DNA of 64,000 nucleotides from an uncultured Gemmatimonadales bacterium (lineage in GTDB: Bacteria > Gemmatimonadota > Gemmatimonadetes > Longimicrobiales > RSA9), in contig CAVUKA010000001.1 of assembly GCA_963741945.1 (NCBI GenBank), positions 320,001 to 384,000 on the forward strand. Reading direction: 5' to 3'. The position numbers and the translations under genes were made by a program. Under the pieces are notes generated by a model. That model did no database searches and was not told where the DNA came from. It saw nothing but the letters and a program-made list of their open reading frames with translations. Shown in pieces: positions 11,766-23,219 of the stretch. How positions within the stretch are numbered: the first letter of the stretch is position 1; each line of letters begins with the position of its first letter.

Positions 11766-12875
11766 CTACCTCGCCCGGTTCACGTCCCGCTCGAAGTCGG
11801 AAACGGTCCGGGCCAACAGGGGGCCATAGACCTCGCGGGCGTTTGCCACGGTCTGGTCGCGCAGCAGCGCGCGGAATCGGTCGGGGCCGCCCGCCGCCCG
11901 GAGCCGGTCGAGGAACGCAGCGGCGACAGGGTAGAGGAGCGGCTCGGGCGCGCCTCTTCCGTCCTCCCACAGCGCGAGAACATCGACCGGTTCATCCGCA
12001 TCCGCGGCGGCGGCCCGGGCGACGGCCATGCGGTCGCGGCCGGAGAGATCGAGCAGAACGGCCACGCCCTCGTTCACGAACCGGGTGCTGCGGACGGGGT
12101 GGAGCGCGCTGAAGATCACCACGTGCGCCAGCTCGTGGCCGGGCGTCTGGTCCAGGCGACTGTGGACCACGCCGAGCTCCGGGGTGGCGAAACCGAGCGA
12201 CGGAAAGCCGGCCCTCCGGGCAGCCTCGCGGCCGGGCCACACGAAGATGTCCACGCGCTTCCCCAGGCTCACCGGGAACTCCGCCTGCAACACCCTGAAC
12301 GCACGCTCGCGGGACGCGGCAAAGGACGCGGCCGTGGCGTCGTCGATCGACGGCGGGTAATGCACGCGGACGTGCGCCTCCTCGATGGCCCGCCAGTCCC
12401 CGTACAGCGGGTCCAGCCCGGTGACACGGGCGAACCCGGCGGCGGAGCGGGCGGCGTTCGCCGTGAGCGAGGCCCGGGCGCTGTCCAGGGCGATGGCCGC
12501 CTCGGCGGTGCGGCCGAGGGTGAACAGGGCTACCGCGCGGTCGTGGTAGCACCAGTCGGACAGCCAGGTCCGCGCCGGCTCCGACGCGATCACGGAATCC
12601 AGGTGCGGCAGAGCCTCTTCCGACCGGCCCAGGGCGACGAGGGAGCGGCCCACGAGGCTGTGGTGGCGAACGTCCGCCGGATAGGCGGCCAGCGCCCGCT
12701 CCGATGCCCGCACCACCTCCTCGAATCGCCGGGCGCGAAAGAGCGAATAGAGGCTGTCCAGGTCCTGCGCCGCGGCTGTACGGGGGGCTCCCACGGCCGC
12801 GACGGCCGCCATCCACAACACGATGATGCAGACGGCGCCGACCGGACGGCGATGAGCGCTGCCATGGTACGACAT
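11766..12875 (-). CDS. Secreted TPR-containing protein with zincin-like (peptidase MA-like) motif
   Basis: Signal-like N-terminus, TPR-like helices, HELAH followed by FVNEGVA; start uncertain. Confidence 0.6.
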   Translation of the reverse strand: MSYHGSAHRRPVGAVCIIVLWMAAVAAVGAPRTAAAQDLDSLYSLFRARRFEEVVRASERALAAYPADVRHHSLVGRSLVALGRSEEALPHLDSVIASEPARTWLSDWCYHDRAVALFTLGRTAEAAIALDSARASLTANAARSAAGFARVTGLDPLYGDWRAIEEAHVRVHYPPSIDDATAASFAASRERAFRVLQAEFPVSLGKRVDIFVWPGREAARRAGFPSLGFATPELGVVHSRLDQTPGHELAHVVIFSALHPVRSTRFVNEGVAVLLDLSGRDRMAVARAAAADADEPVDVLALWEDGRGAPEPLLYPVAAAFLDRLRAAGGPDRFRALLRDQTVANAREVYGPLLARTVSDFERDVNRAR

Positions 12876-13253
12876 GGTGGTTCCCGGACCCAGGTACGAC
12901 GTGCAGCTGCCTCGAGTGCGGCGCCAGCCGCGCGCAGCAACCGGCGGTTCGGCCGCGGGAGGGGCTCGCCTGCACGATAGCCCGCCTGGGGCGGCCCGCC
13001 AACTGCGGGCGCGATGGGGGGGGTGGAGCGCCGCGCCGAGTTGACCACGGAAACCGCCGGGAAGTCGACATCACCCCCCGCAGGAGGAGCCGACCTGTCG
13101 AGTCGACCTCCCGGGGAACGGTGTGGAAGGTCCGGCCGCGCTCGCGGCGAGGGGGTCCGGCCGACGCCTGGTGCGCTCGAGGGGCGAATCCGGGTCGGGG
13201 CCGCACGGCTTCCGGAGCCGCACTGGCTTCGAGGCGGAGACCTCGCCGGCCGC

Positions 13254-14918
13254 CTACTCGCCCCGGCGCAACTCCTCGCCGACGCCGCGCGCGTGGCGCA
13301 GGGGGTTTTCCAGCAGGTGTGTGGGGACCACGATGGCGACCATGAAGAGCACGAGCGCCATGAGGAAGCCAGCGGCGAGGACCCACCATCGCGTGAAGGC
13401 GAGGAAGACCACGGCGGTGATGAGCGCCATGGTGGCGGCGAACAGGGAGATCTGGATGCGGCGGATCTGGAGCGAAAGGAACCGCTCGAGCTGGACCATG
13501 TCGCGGGGGTGTACGCGAACGCGCATCTCCTCGCGGTCGGCGCGGCGGATGAGGTCGCGCACGCCGGTGAGGGTGGCCCGGGCGTCGTCGAACAGGGACC
13601 TGGCCACTTCGGACGGCTCACGGGCGGCCACGCGCAGGAGCTCGGGGCGCATGCGCTCGACCACGACCCGGGAGACGTCCATGCCGTTGAAGGCGGGGTC
13701 GTAGCGGAGCCCGATCCCTTCGAGGAGCGCGGCGGCGCGGAAGAAGTAGACGAGCTCGCGCGGGAGCATGAGCGGCCACGTGTAGAACGTGTCCATGATG
13801 TCGCGAACGGCGTCCTGGACGCGGTCGACCCCCATCTCCCGCATGCGATCGAGGACGCCCATGATCTCGACGGCCGCATCCCGGATCTCGGCGCGGGAGA
13901 TGTCAGGGTCGATCATCCCGAGCTCGTACATGCCGTTGATGATCCCGTCCACATCCTCGCGCGCGGCGGCCATGGCGACGCGGATGATCAGGTCGCGGGT
14001 CGGAGGCCGGAGCTGGACCACCATCCCCCAGTCGAGGAGGACGATGCGCCCCTGGCGGTCCACCAGGATGTTGCCGGGGTGGGGATCGGCGTGCATGAGC
14101 CCCTCGACCAGGAGCATGCGGAGGTAGACTTCGGTGAGCGTCTCGAGGAGGTCGCGGAAGTCCAGCTCGCCGGATGCGAAGCGGGGGGCGAGCGTGTCGA
14201 CGCGGTCGCCGTCGATCCACTCCATGACCAGCACTCGCCGGCGAACGAATCCCTCCACGGCCACCGAGCCCCGCACGCGCGGGTCGTCACCGAAGTGGGT
14301 CTGGAACAGCTCCATGTGGCGCGCCTCGTCCCGGAAGTCCATCTCCACGCGAACGCGCGCGCTGAACTCGCGCACGGCGTGGGTCAGGGCTTTCACGTGG
14401 TGGTTCCGGAAGAGGATGTTCAGGAGGAACAGGATCCGGAAGCTGATCTCGAGGTCCACGGCGACGAGGGCTTCGACACCGGGCCGCAGCACCTTCACGG
14501 CCACATCCCTGCCCGCGAGCCGTGCCCGGTGGACCTGGCCGAGGCTCGCGGCGGCCACGGGTTCGCGATCGAACTGCTCGAACACCTCGTCCACGCCGCC
14601 GCCGAGCTCCGCCTGGATCACGCCCTCGATCTGCTCCGGCGGGTCCGGCGGAACCCGGTCCTGCAGACTGGCAATGGACGAGAGATAGGGCTCCGGCAGG
14701 ATGTCGGCCCGGGCCCCGAACACCTGCGCGAGCTTGATGAACGTGGGCCCCAGCCGCGCGATCGTGGCCGTCAGCTTCCTCGCCCGCCTGTCGTGCACCT
14801 CGTACGGCAACCGCCGCGGCCTGCCGAAGACGATCCACCGCCGGCGATCGCGCAGGAACGCAACGACGAACGGGACCAGCCGGAGCACGATGGTGAGTCC
14901 CCGGCGCCAGCGTCTCAT
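13254..14918 (-). CDS. ABC1/AarF/UbiB family kinase
   Basis: LGPTFIKLAQ, AAASLGQVH, VAVKV, HADPHPGN, LLDWGM. Confidence 0.92.
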   Translation of the reverse strand: MRRWRRGLTIVLRLVPFVVAFLRDRRRWIVFGRPRRLPYEVHDRRARKLTATIARLGPTFIKLAQVFGARADILPEPYLSSIASLQDRVPPDPPEQIEGVIQAELGGGVDEVFEQFDREPVAAASLGQVHRARLAGRDVAVKVLRPGVEALVAVDLEISFRILFLLNILFRNHHVKALTHAVREFSARVRVEMDFRDEARHMELFQTHFGDDPRVRGSVAVEGFVRRRVLVMEWIDGDRVDTLAPRFASGELDFRDLLETLTEVYLRMLLVEGLMHADPHPGNILVDRQGRIVLLDWGMVVQLRPPTRDLIIRVAMAAAREDVDGIINGMYELGMIDPDISRAEIRDAAVEIMGVLDRMREMGVDRVQDAVRDIMDTFYTWPLMLPRELVYFFRAAALLEGIGLRYDPAFNGMDVSRVVVERMRPELLRVAAREPSEVARSLFDDARATLTGVRDLIRRADREEMRVRVHPRDMVQLERFLSLQIRRIQISLFAATMALITAVVFLAFTRWWVLAAGFLMALVLFMVAIVVPTHLLENPLRHARGVGEELRRGE

Positions 14919-16321
14919 AGCAGGAAGTGGGTGGCCAGGCCGAGGAGGAGGAAGAAGCCGGTGATGTCCGTCGTCGCCGTGATGAAGACGGAGGAAGCGA
15001 CGGCGGGATCGAAGCCGATCCGCTCCAGGAGCACCGGGACGAAGGAGCCGGCGAGGGAGGCGACGATGACGTTGCCCCACATGGCCAGCATCACCACCAA
15101 CCCGAGCACGGAGCTGGGCGGCGGGTTGGTCGGTCCGATCCCCACCACGTGGAAGAGGACGTAGGCGAGGGCGCCGACGATGAGCCCGAGCGCGGCACCG
15201 TTGATCAATCCGACGAGCGCTTCCTTCGCCGCCACTCGCCACCGCCGTACCGCGCTCTCGCGCGTGAGCGCCAGTCGGCGGACGGTTACGGCCAGCGCCT
15301 GACTGCCGGCGTTGCCACCCAGGCCGGCCACGACGGGCATGATGGCCGCCAGAAAGGCCATCGCCTGGATGGTACTGTCGAACGTGAGGACCACGATGGC
15401 GCCAAGGGACGCGGTGATCACGTTGAGCGCCAGCCAGGGGAGCCGGCTGCGCACCGCCTCGTGCCAGGCGCCCTGCACCTCTTCCTCCGAACCGATCCCG
15501 GCGAGGCGCAGGATGTCCTCGGTCTGCTCGGCCTCGATGACATCCATGACATCATCCCACGTGATGCGGCCGAGCAGGATGTTGTTCGGCCCGACCACGG
15601 GGATGGACGGGACGTTGTAGCGGGCGATGAGCCGGCCGACCTCCTCCTGATCCATGGCGACGGGGACGATCACCACGGGAGGCTTGACCAGCGTGCCGAT
15701 GCGCGTGTCTGGGTCCGAGACAATGATGTCCTGCAGGCTCACCTGGCCCTGGAGCCGGCGCAGGAGATCGACCACGAAGATGTGGTAGAAATCACTGCCC
15801 AGCTCGCGCGCCTGCCGCCGGATCTCGCCGATGGCCTCCGCGACCGTCAGGTGCACGGAGATGGCCACCAGCTCGGTGCTCATGATCCCGCCGGCGGAGT
15901 CCTCCGGGTACGACAGCAGCTCCCGCAGCTCGACAGCGTCCATCGGCGCGAGCGTGGAGAGAACGCGCGCCTGCTCGTCCGGCGGGAGCTCGCCCACGAG
16001 GTCGGCGGCGTCGTCGCTGCTCAGCTCCCCGAGCAGCTCGCTGATGCGCTCCGGCTCGAGCGCGGCCAGGATCTCCTCGGGGTGCTGATGCGCCTCCATC
16101 TCGGCCAGCGTTTCGGACGCCAGCTCGGCGGGGAGCATGTCGAGGATCCGGACCCGGTCCTCTTCCTCCGCGGAATACTCGACCAGGTCGGCGATGTCGC
16201 TGGGGTGCAGGTCGGCCAGGAACTCGCGCAGCGCCCCGCCATCGTCGCCCGCCAGCAGCGCCCGCAGCCGGGCGAGGCGGTTCTGGAACTCGTCCACCTG
16301 CTGCAGCTCGGGCGAGCTCAC
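14915..16321 (-). CDS. mgtE: Magnesium transporter MgtE
   Basis: MgtE_N domain, YPEDSAGGIM, RLPWL, GGNAGSQ, DPAVAS.VFIT..TD. Confidence 0.95.
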   Translation of the reverse strand: MSSPELQQVDEFQNRLARLRALLAGDDGGALREFLADLHPSDIADLVEYSAEEEDRVRILDMLPAELASETLAEMEAHQHPEEILAALEPERISELLGELSSDDAADLVGELPPDEQARVLSTLAPMDAVELRELLSYPEDSAGGIMSTELVAISVHLTVAEAIGEIRRQARELGSDFYHIFVVDLLRRLQGQVSLQDIIVSDPDTRIGTLVKPPVVIVPVAMDQEEVGRLIARYNVPSIPVVGPNNILLGRITWDDVMDVIEAEQTEDILRLAGIGSEEEVQGAWHEAVRSRLPWLALNVITASLGAIVVLTFDSTIQAMAFLAAIMPVVAGLGGNAGSQALAVTVRRLALTRESAVRRWRVAAKEALVGLINGAALGLIVGALAYVLFHVVGIGPTNPPPSSVLGLVVMLAMWGNVIVASLAGSFVPVLLERIGFDPAVASSVFITATTDITGFFLLLGLATHFLL

Positions 16322-17010
16322 GGCGCCTCCGGAGCCATGTCGGAAGACGCGTCAAGCTTCATGGCGGCCGCTTCCGCGGTGGCGGCCGCGGCTCGCGCTC
16401 GCGCCGACGCCCCCGCCCCGTCCGGGGGGACGGCGCCCGCCGAGAGGATGTAGGTGAAGCCCTCCTCCACGGTGACCGGAAGGCGGATGATGCGGGATTC
16501 CGGCACGATGATGAGGAACCCGGTCACCGGATTGGGCGCGGTCGGCAGGAAGACGGTGACCCCGTTCTCGACCCGCCCCTCGAGCGCGCGCGGTGCCGTG
16601 CCGGTGATGAAGCCGAGCGTCCATTGCCCCGGCGACGGGTATTCGAAGAGCACGACCTCGCGGAAGAAGCGCCGCTCCTCTCCGCCGAACACGCTCCCGA
16701 TGATGCGCCGGGTGGCGCCGTAGAGGCGGCTGACCACGGGGATGCGGTCGAGCGTAGCGTGCCACCACTGCACCACCTGGGTGCCCACCATCTTCTCGGC
16801 GAGCCAGCCCACCACGAGCAGGAGGGCCAGGAGGAGGAGGAGTCCGAGGCCGGGAATGCGAAGCCCGATGACGGCATACAGCGAGCGGCCGAGGATGCCG
16901 TCCACGGCATTGAACAGCCACCAGAGGACGTACACCGTGACGGCCAGCGGGGCGAGAACGATGAGCCCCGCGATGAGGCGACGTCGAAGCAGGCGGCCCA
17001 CCGTGTTCAT
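16318..17010 (-). CDS. DUF502 membrane protein
   Basis: RIPVVSRLY, VLFEYP, FLPTAPNPVTGF. Confidence 0.85.
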   Translation of the reverse strand: MNTVGRLLRRRLIAGLIVLAPLAVTVYVLWWLFNAVDGILGRSLYAVIGLRIPGLGLLLLLALLLVVGWLAEKMVGTQVVQWWHATLDRIPVVSRLYGATRRIIGSVFGGEERRFFREVVLFEYPSPGQWTLGFITGTAPRALEGRVENGVTVFLPTAPNPVTGFLIIVPESRIIRLPVTVEEGFTYILSAGAVPPDGAGASARARAAAATAEAAAMKLDASSDMAPEAP

Positions 17011-17447
17011 TCGATCTCCAGCCCTTCCAGAATCCGCTCCTGGTGCTGCCACATCCCGCTCGACTCCCGCTCCTCCTCCGGGTGATCCCAGCCGAGGACG
17101 TGCAGCGTGCCGTGGATGGCGAGTCGCGCCAGCTCGCGGGCGGCCGCCTCGCCCAGCTCCGTCGCCTGGCGCACGGCCTGCTCCACGCCCAGGTACACAT
17201 CCCCGAGCGGCGGCTCCTGGTCGCCGTGCAGCGAGAACGCCAGCACGTCGGTAGGCGCGTCCTTCCCCTTCCACTCCCGGTTCAGCGACGCCATCCCGCC
17301 ATCATCCAGGAGTGTCACGGACAGCTCCGCATCCTCGACGCCCCGGTCCCGGAGCGTGGCCCGCACCGCGCGCTCCACGACGTCTTCATCCGCCGCCCCC
17401 GCCAGATCCCCGGAGACGTCCCGCTGGACGATGACGGTGGCCGGCAT
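17007..17447 (-). CDS. ybeY: rRNA maturation RNase YbeY
   Basis: LNREW.GKD.PTDVLAF, HGTLHVLGWDH. Confidence 0.95.
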   Translation of the reverse strand: MPATVIVQRDVSGDLAGAADEDVVERAVRATLRDRGVEDAELSVTLLDDGGMASLNREWKGKDAPTDVLAFSLHGDQEPPLGDVYLGVEQAVRQATELGEAAARELARLAIHGTLHVLGWDHPEEERESSGMWQHQERILEGLEIE

Positions 17448-19786
17448 CAGCGGGCGGGCGTCCCGGCCGCCGGGCCGGCCGGCTGGTCGGAGGAGTCTCG
17501 CGCGGTGCCGTCGCCGAGCGAGGGGGACGGATCTCCGTTGCCACTCTCCCCATTGCCCCCGTTCGGCGCCCGGTCAGGCCCCCGCGGCGGGTAGTCGATG
17601 CGCTGGTGGTACATGCCCGTGAGAACGGTGACGAACTGCTCCTTCACCGTGGTGATCTCGGCGATCGTGATGGGCGTCTCGTCGAGCTGTCCCGCGTCGA
17701 TCTTGGACTGGACGATCCTGTCCACGAGATCGCGGATGCTGTCGGGGCTCGGGTCGGGGAGGACGCGCGCGGCCGATTCCACCGAGTCGGCCAGCATGGC
17801 GATGGCCGTCTCACGGGACTGCGGCCGCGGTCCGGGATAGGCGAACTCGGCGGGGTCCAGCTCGGCGCCCGGATCGGTCTCCTTCGCCCGGTCGAAGAAG
17901 AAGCTGATGCCCTGCGTCCCGTGGTGCTCGACGATGAAGGCCTTGACGCAGTCGGGCAGTCCCTCCTCCTCAGCGAGCCTGAGCCCTTCCAGCACGTGGT
18001 TCCGGATCACCTGGGCGGAGAGCGCCGGCTTGAGCCGGTCGTGCGGGTTCCGCCCTCCGGGTTGGTTCTCGATGAAGAACTGGGGCCGCGCGATCTTGCC
18101 CACATCGTGATAGTAGACGCCCACGCGCACCAGCAGGGCCTGCGCGCCGATGGCGTCCGCCGCCGCCTCGGCCAGGTTGGCCACGGCGATGGAGTGGGCG
18201 TATGTCCCGGGCGCCTCCATGGACAGGCGTCGCAGGAGCGGGCGATTGGCGTCCGCCAGCTCCAGCAGCGTCTGGTCGGTGGTGATCCCCGTATACGTCT
18301 CGAACAGCGGGAGGAAGCCGAGTGCGGCGAACGCGCTGGCGACGGCGTTCACCGCACCCCATCCGGCGAAGCCGGCGAACTCCTGGAACGACCAGCTCCG
18401 GAGCAGCCCGAGCACGATGGCGACCACCACGTACGTGCCGGTGATCAGGGCGATGAAGACCCACGTTTGCGAGCGGCGCCGGACCACGCGCACGCTGAGC
18501 GAGGCCACGGCCCCGGCGGCCACGAGACTGAAGAGCGCGACAATGCCGAGGAAAGGCGCCTGCCCGCTCAGGAGCACGGCGGTGACCAGGGACAGGTTGA
18601 GCGCGAGACGCCCATCCCAGAGTGTGGCGACGACCAGTGCCGGGAACGCGATGGGGATGAGCGCCACGGGCCAGTCGTGCGACGCCAGCAGCGCGGCAAT
18701 GCCCACCACGGCAGCCAGCAGGAACGCGAGCAGCGACACCTGGCGGATCGCGGCATACACGCGCTGCCGATAGTAGAACAGCAGTGCGCCGAACAGGCCG
18801 ATGGTGATCAGGTTGAACAGCAGCACGCCGGTGGTCCGGGCAAAGCGCACGCGCAGGTTCTCACCCAGCTCACCCCGGCGGTCCAGCTCCGCCGTATACG
18901 CCCGGAGCTTCTCCATCTGCTCGTCCGTGACCCGCTCCCTCGCCGCAATGATGCGCTCGCCCTGGAGCACGTCCGTCTTGACGAGCGGGACGGCGGCGCG
19001 GGCACGGGTGCGCGCGGCCTGGGTCGCTTCCCAGTCGGGGCGTATGCTCGGGACGAGGAAGCGTACCAGGAGCAGGCGCTGCAGCTGCTCGTACCCGGCG
19101 GGCGCCGTGGCGGGGACGTAGAAGCGGGACCGGTTGTAGAAGTCGCGGCTGGTGCGGATCGAGTCGGCGGAGACCACGCGGTCCCGGCCCTGACCCAGCA
19201 GGCGCAGCTGGTCCGACTCCGCCTCATCCAGCTCCGAGGCCGCAGCGATCCCGCGCGGGAGCTCGTCGAGGATCAAGCGGCGGACCGTGCGCTCGAGATC
19301 GTTCCGATCGCGGGCGTTCAGCAGCAGGTCCACGTCGTCGGTCGAGTTCCCGGCGGGCGGCTGGAGCGCGTACGCCCCCAGCAGGTCCCGCATCCGACGG
19401 CGCTTGATCGACGCGGGCTCTGCCGCCGCGGCCACGCTGTCCACGCGCGCGAAGAAGCGATTCACGCCGCTCAGCATGGAATCCACGGCCGTGGAATCGA
19501 ACACGAAGATCGGCGTGATGCTGGCGGCCGCGTCCTGTCTCGCCCGCTCCAGCTCCTGCTCGCTGCGGTAGACCGGGAACGGGATCTCCGCGATCACGTC
19601 CTTGTCGGGCACCATCCCCTTCTCCACCACGGGGAAGTCGGGGAGCGGCGCAATGGGGAACAGGAGCGCTGTTGCCACGGCGAGGAGCACCAGGAGCAGG
19701 ACGCGCGCCCCATGATGGAGGACGCCCTCCGGCCAGGCCCGCTCGGGCGGGCGGCTCAGCACCCGGGTGAACTCGCGCCACGTCAT
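17447..19786 (-). CDS. 7TM-HDIG membrane phosphohydrolase (PgpH-like)
   Basis: Extracellular domain plus 7 TM segments; APGTYAHS, YYHDVGK, FFIENQ, EHHGT, YPGPRPQ, LADSVE. Confidence 0.9.
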   Translation of the reverse strand: MTWREFTRVLSRPPERAWPEGVLHHGARVLLLVLLAVATALLFPIAPLPDFPVVEKGMVPDKDVIAEIPFPVYRSEQELERARQDAAASITPIFVFDSTAVDSMLSGVNRFFARVDSVAAAAEPASIKRRRMRDLLGAYALQPPAGNSTDDVDLLLNARDRNDLERTVRRLILDELPRGIAAASELDEAESDQLRLLGQGRDRVVSADSIRTSRDFYNRSRFYVPATAPAGYEQLQRLLLVRFLVPSIRPDWEATQAARTRARAAVPLVKTDVLQGERIIAARERVTDEQMEKLRAYTAELDRRGELGENLRVRFARTTGVLLFNLITIGLFGALLFYYRQRVYAAIRQVSLLAFLLAAVVGIAALLASHDWPVALIPIAFPALVVATLWDGRLALNLSLVTAVLLSGQAPFLGIVALFSLVAAGAVASLSVRVVRRRSQTWVFIALITGTYVVVAIVLGLLRSWSFQEFAGFAGWGAVNAVASAFAALGFLPLFETYTGITTDQTLLELADANRPLLRRLSMEAPGTYAHSIAVANLAEAAADAIGAQALLVRVGVYYHDVGKIARPQFFIENQPGGRNPHDRLKPALSAQVIRNHVLEGLRLAEEEGLPDCVKAFIVEHHGTQGISFFFDRAKETDPGAELDPAEFAYPGPRPQSRETAIAMLADSVESAARVLPDPSPDSIRDLVDRIVQSKIDAGQLDETPITIAEITTVKEQFVTVLTGMYHQRIDYPPRGPDRAPNGGNGESGNGDPSPSLGDGTARDSSDQPAGPAAGTPAR

Positions 19787-19811
19787 CAGCGTCGCCTCCG
19801 GAGAGAGTGCA

Positions 19812-20894
19812 TCAGCGGCCCTTCAGGCCTCCATCGACCCGGTCATCCGCCCCTCCACCCTCCTGCTCGCCACCCGCCGCCGCGTAGGCGTCGATGATGT
19901 CCTTCACCAGTCGGTGCCGCACCACGTCCGCCGCCTCGAGGTAGATGAAGCTGATCCCCTCGATCCCCTTGAGGATCGCCTCCACTTCGAGAAGTCCCGA
20001 GTCGCTGCGCCGCACCAGGTCGATCTGGGTCTTGTCCCCCGTGATCACCGTTCGGCTGTTCAGCCCCAGTCGCGTCAGGAACATCTTCATCTGCGCCGTC
20101 GTGGCGTTCTGCGCCTCGTCGAGGATGACGAACGCATCCGAGAGCGTGCGGCCACGCATGTAGGCCAGCGGCGCGATCTCGATGGTGCGCATCTCGAGGT
20201 AGCGCCGCACCCGGTCGTGCGGGAGCATGTCCTCCAGCGCGTCGTAGAGCGGGCGCAGGAAGGGATCCACCTTCTCCTGCAGGTCACCCGGCAGAAAGCC
20301 GAGGCTCTCACCGGCCTCCACGGCCGGGCGCGCCAGGATGATGCGCTTCACCCGGTTCTTCAGCAGCGCGTCCACGGCCATGGCCACGGCCAGGTACGTC
20401 TTGCCCGTGCCCGCCGGGCCGATGGCGATGACGATGTCGTTCTTCGCGATCGCCTCGAGGTAGCCCTCCTGCCCTTCGCTGCGCGGCTGGATCACCTTTC
20501 GGACGCCCGGAAGCAGGATCCGCAGATCCTCCCGCCGGAGCCCACCATCCCTCTCGCCGGCCGTCAGCGCGGCCGTGCCGGGCAGTTCCAGGCCGGTGCG
20601 GTCCGCGTCGTTGTCGACATCGATCGCCGCGTTCGCCACCAGACGGCGGACGTCATCGACGTTGAAGGGCGACTGGAGCTTGGCCAGGTCGATGAGCTGC
20701 TGGGCCACGGGGATGGCGCGCTCGACGTCGTCGAGCTCGCCGGACAGGATCAGGTAGTCGCCACGCAGGATCACGCGACACCCCGTGAGGCTCGCCAGCT
20801 CCTGGAGGTGCGCGTCGTTGACTCCCGCGAGCAGGAGATAGTCGGCCCCCTCGGAGGGCAGCCTGTGCTGGATCACCGTCGGTTCGTCCGCCAT
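19812..20894 (-). CDS. phoH: PhoH family protein
   Basis: [38 protein letters not shown]. Confidence 0.93.
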   Translation of the reverse strand: MADEPTVIQHRLPSEGADYLLLAGVNDAHLQELASLTGCRVILRGDYLILSGELDDVERAIPVAQQLIDLAKLQSPFNVDDVRRLVANAAIDVDNDADRTGLELPGTAALTAGERDGGLRREDLRILLPGVRKVIQPRSEGQEGYLEAIAKNDIVIAIGPAGTGKTYLAVAMAVDALLKNRVKRIILARPAVEAGESLGFLPGDLQEKVDPFLRPLYDALEDMLPHDRVRRYLEMRTIEIAPLAYMRGRTLSDAFVILDEAQNATTAQMKMFLTRLGLNSRTVITGDKTQIDLVRRSDSGLLEVEAILKGIEGISFIYLEAADVVRHRLVKDIIDAYAAAGGEQEGGGADDRVDGGLKGR

Positions 20895-20967
20895 TCCACT
20901 CCCGTTCATGCGTTGAAAGGTCGGCGCTCCGGGCGGCGAGGGGAAGGGACGGCCGCGGCCGCCCGCT

Positions 20968-22869
20968 TCACCTGTCCCTGGCCACCTGGACGTGGATCTC
21001 CCGCAGCTCGGCTTCCGCCACGGGCGCTGGCGAGCCCTCGAACAGGGCGCGCCCCGTCGTCGTCTTCGGGAACGCGATCACGTCGCGGAGGCTCGGCAGC
21101 CCGGCCATGACCATCACCAGCCGGTCGAAGCCGAACGCGAACCCGCCATGCGGCGGTACCCCGTAGCGGAACGCTTCCAGCAGGAAGCCGAACTTGGCGT
21201 CCGCTTCCTCCTGGTCCATGCCGAGCGCCCGGAACACCGCGCGCTGCAGCTCCGCGTCGTGGATCCGGATGCTCCCACTGGCCAGCTCGTTCCCGTTGTA
21301 GACCGCGTCGTACGCCCGGGAGCGCAAGGCGAGGTCGAACAGCCGCCGCCCGCGGGCGGCGTCCACCGGGCCGGCCGCCGTGGCCTCCAGCAGTGCCGGG
21401 ACGTCCTCCGGGTGGGCCATGGTGAACGCGTGGTGCGCGGCCACCAGCCGGTCGGCCTCCACGTCCCACTCGAACATCGGGAACTCGGTGATCCACACCC
21501 AGGCGTGGGCGCCGGGGTCCCGCAGTCCCAGCGCATCCCCGAGGTGCCGGCGCAGCGCGTCCAGCGCGGCCTCGGCCCCGTGAACGAGCGCCTCCTGCGA
21601 CGCGCCCCCGTGGCTCCCGGTGACCCGCGGCCGGCTCCAGAACCTGCCGATCACCACGACGAACACGTCCCCGGGCTCGATGCCGGCCGCCTCCGCCAGT
21701 GCGCTCCCGACAGCATCATCGAGGAACTTCGCGAACTGGCCCGACCAGCCCTCATCGGAGCGCTTCACCCACAGGCAGCCCGGCGCGCCCGCGCCCTGGG
21801 CCACGGGATTCAGCGCATCCAGGTCCTTGCGGCTCAGGACGTCCGCCCCGCCTTTCGCCACCACGCCCCGGACCCGATCCCCGCTCTCCCGCGTCCCCGC
21901 GAACAGGCGGAAGTCCGTTCTCTGGAGGATCTCGGTCACATCCACGAACGGCATCCCGAAGCGCAGGTCCGGCTTGTCCGTGCCGTACCGCTCCATGGCC
22001 TCGGAATGCGGCAGGCGGGGGAACGGGGTCTCCAGCTCGACGCCGAGGACATCGCGCCAGAGCCCGGCCAGCATGCGCTCGGCAGCCGCGAACACGTCCT
22101 CCTCGTCGACGAACGACATCTCCGCATCGATCTGCGTGAACTCCGGCTGCCGGTCCGCGCGCAGGTCCTCATCGCGCAGACACTTCGCGAGCTGGAAATA
22201 GCGATCGAAGCCGCTCACCATGAGCAGCTGCTTGTACAGCTGGGGGCTCTGCGGGAGGGCGTAGAACTCCCCCGCGTGCAGCCGACTCGGGACCAGGTAG
22301 TCCCTCGCCCCCTCCGGGGTCCGCCGCGTGAGCATCGGCGTGTCCACTTCCCAGAACCCCTCCGCCGTCAGGTGGCGACGGACGGACTGGAGCGCCCGGT
22401 GCCGGACCGCCAGCGCACGCTGAAGCGTCTGACGTCGCAGGTCCAGGTAGCGGTAGCGCAGCCGGAGGTCCTCGGCCGGGGGCTCCTCGCCCGGAACCTG
22501 GTAGACCGGGATGGGCGGCGTGTCGGCCCGCGCCAGGATCTCCAGCCCCGTCACGTGGACCTCGACCTCCCCCGTCACGAGATCGGGATTGGCCTGACCC
22601 TCCGGGCGACGCGCCACCTCGCCTTCCACGGCGATCACGCTCTCCGTCCCGACCGATGCCGCACGCTCCAGCGACACCGCGTCCGTGGTCTCCGGCCCGA
22701 GCGACAGCTGCACCAGTCCCGAGCGGTCCCGGAGGTCGATGAAGATCAGGCCTCCCAGGTCCCGCCGCCGGTGCACCCAGCCGGCGAGGCGTACGCGCTC
22801 ACCCACGTCCCGGGCCCGCAGCGAGCCCGCCGTGGTGGTGCGAAAGGCCGTCGGCAATTCCTGGCTCAT
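20968..22869 (-). CDS. aspS: Aspartate--tRNA ligase
   Basis: [58 protein letters not shown]. Confidence 0.97.
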   Translation of the reverse strand: MSQELPTAFRTTTAGSLRARDVGERVRLAGWVHRRRDLGGLIFIDLRDRSGLVQLSLGPETTDAVSLERAASVGTESVIAVEGEVARRPEGQANPDLVTGEVEVHVTGLEILARADTPPIPVYQVPGEEPPAEDLRLRYRYLDLRRQTLQRALAVRHRALQSVRRHLTAEGFWEVDTPMLTRRTPEGARDYLVPSRLHAGEFYALPQSPQLYKQLLMVSGFDRYFQLAKCLRDEDLRADRQPEFTQIDAEMSFVDEEDVFAAAERMLAGLWRDVLGVELETPFPRLPHSEAMERYGTDKPDLRFGMPFVDVTEILQRTDFRLFAGTRESGDRVRGVVAKGGADVLSRKDLDALNPVAQGAGAPGCLWVKRSDEGWSGQFAKFLDDAVGSALAEAAGIEPGDVFVVVIGRFWSRPRVTGSHGGASQEALVHGAEAALDALRRHLGDALGLRDPGAHAWVWITEFPMFEWDVEADRLVAAHHAFTMAHPEDVPALLEATAAGPVDAARGRRLFDLALRSRAYDAVYNGNELASGSIRIHDAELQRAVFRALGMDQEEADAKFGFLLEAFRYGVPPHGGFAFGFDRLVMVMAGLPSLRDVIAFPKTTTGRALFEGSPAPVAEAELREIHVQVARDR

Positions 22870-23219
22870 CCCCTTTGTCCCCTTCCCAGCAGCCGGCGTG
22901 TGGCGAACAGGAACGTCCCCGCCCCGAGCACGTCGGCCGCCCAGTCCCGGATATCGGATTGGCGAAACGGCACGGACCGCTGGTGCAGCTCATCCAGCGC
23001 GCCCGTGAGCGCCACGGCGAGGAACGCGACGAGCGCCGCGCGTCGTCCCCGCCCCCGCACCGCCCACGCGGCCAGTGCCCCGCCAGCGCCATACATGAGA
23101 AAATGCGCCGCCTTGTCCGAGCCGGACGGAAGCGACGCCGTATGGATCTCCAGTCCGCCGATGAGGAGCACCACCGCGGCCCAGACGGCCAGCGGCAGGT
23201 AGGCCGCGGCGGTGCGCAT
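22866..23219 (-). CDS. VanZ family membrane protein
   Basis: DKAAHF..Y, DELHQ..VP.R, DW.AD. Confidence 0.85.
   Translation of the reverse strand: MRTAAAYLPLAVWAAVVLLIGGLEIHTASLPSGSDKAAHFLMYGAGGALAAWAVRGRGRRAALVAFLAVALTGALDELHQRSVPFRQSDIRDWAADVLGAGTFLFATRRLLGRGQRG

Noticed and set aside
10305-12980. Very long alternative-frame or antisense ORFs (this 891-aa ORF, also 17606-19897, 20992-23202, 46739-48886 and others)
   Set aside because: Shadow ORFs typical of high-GC DNA, overlapping well-supported genes on the other strand.
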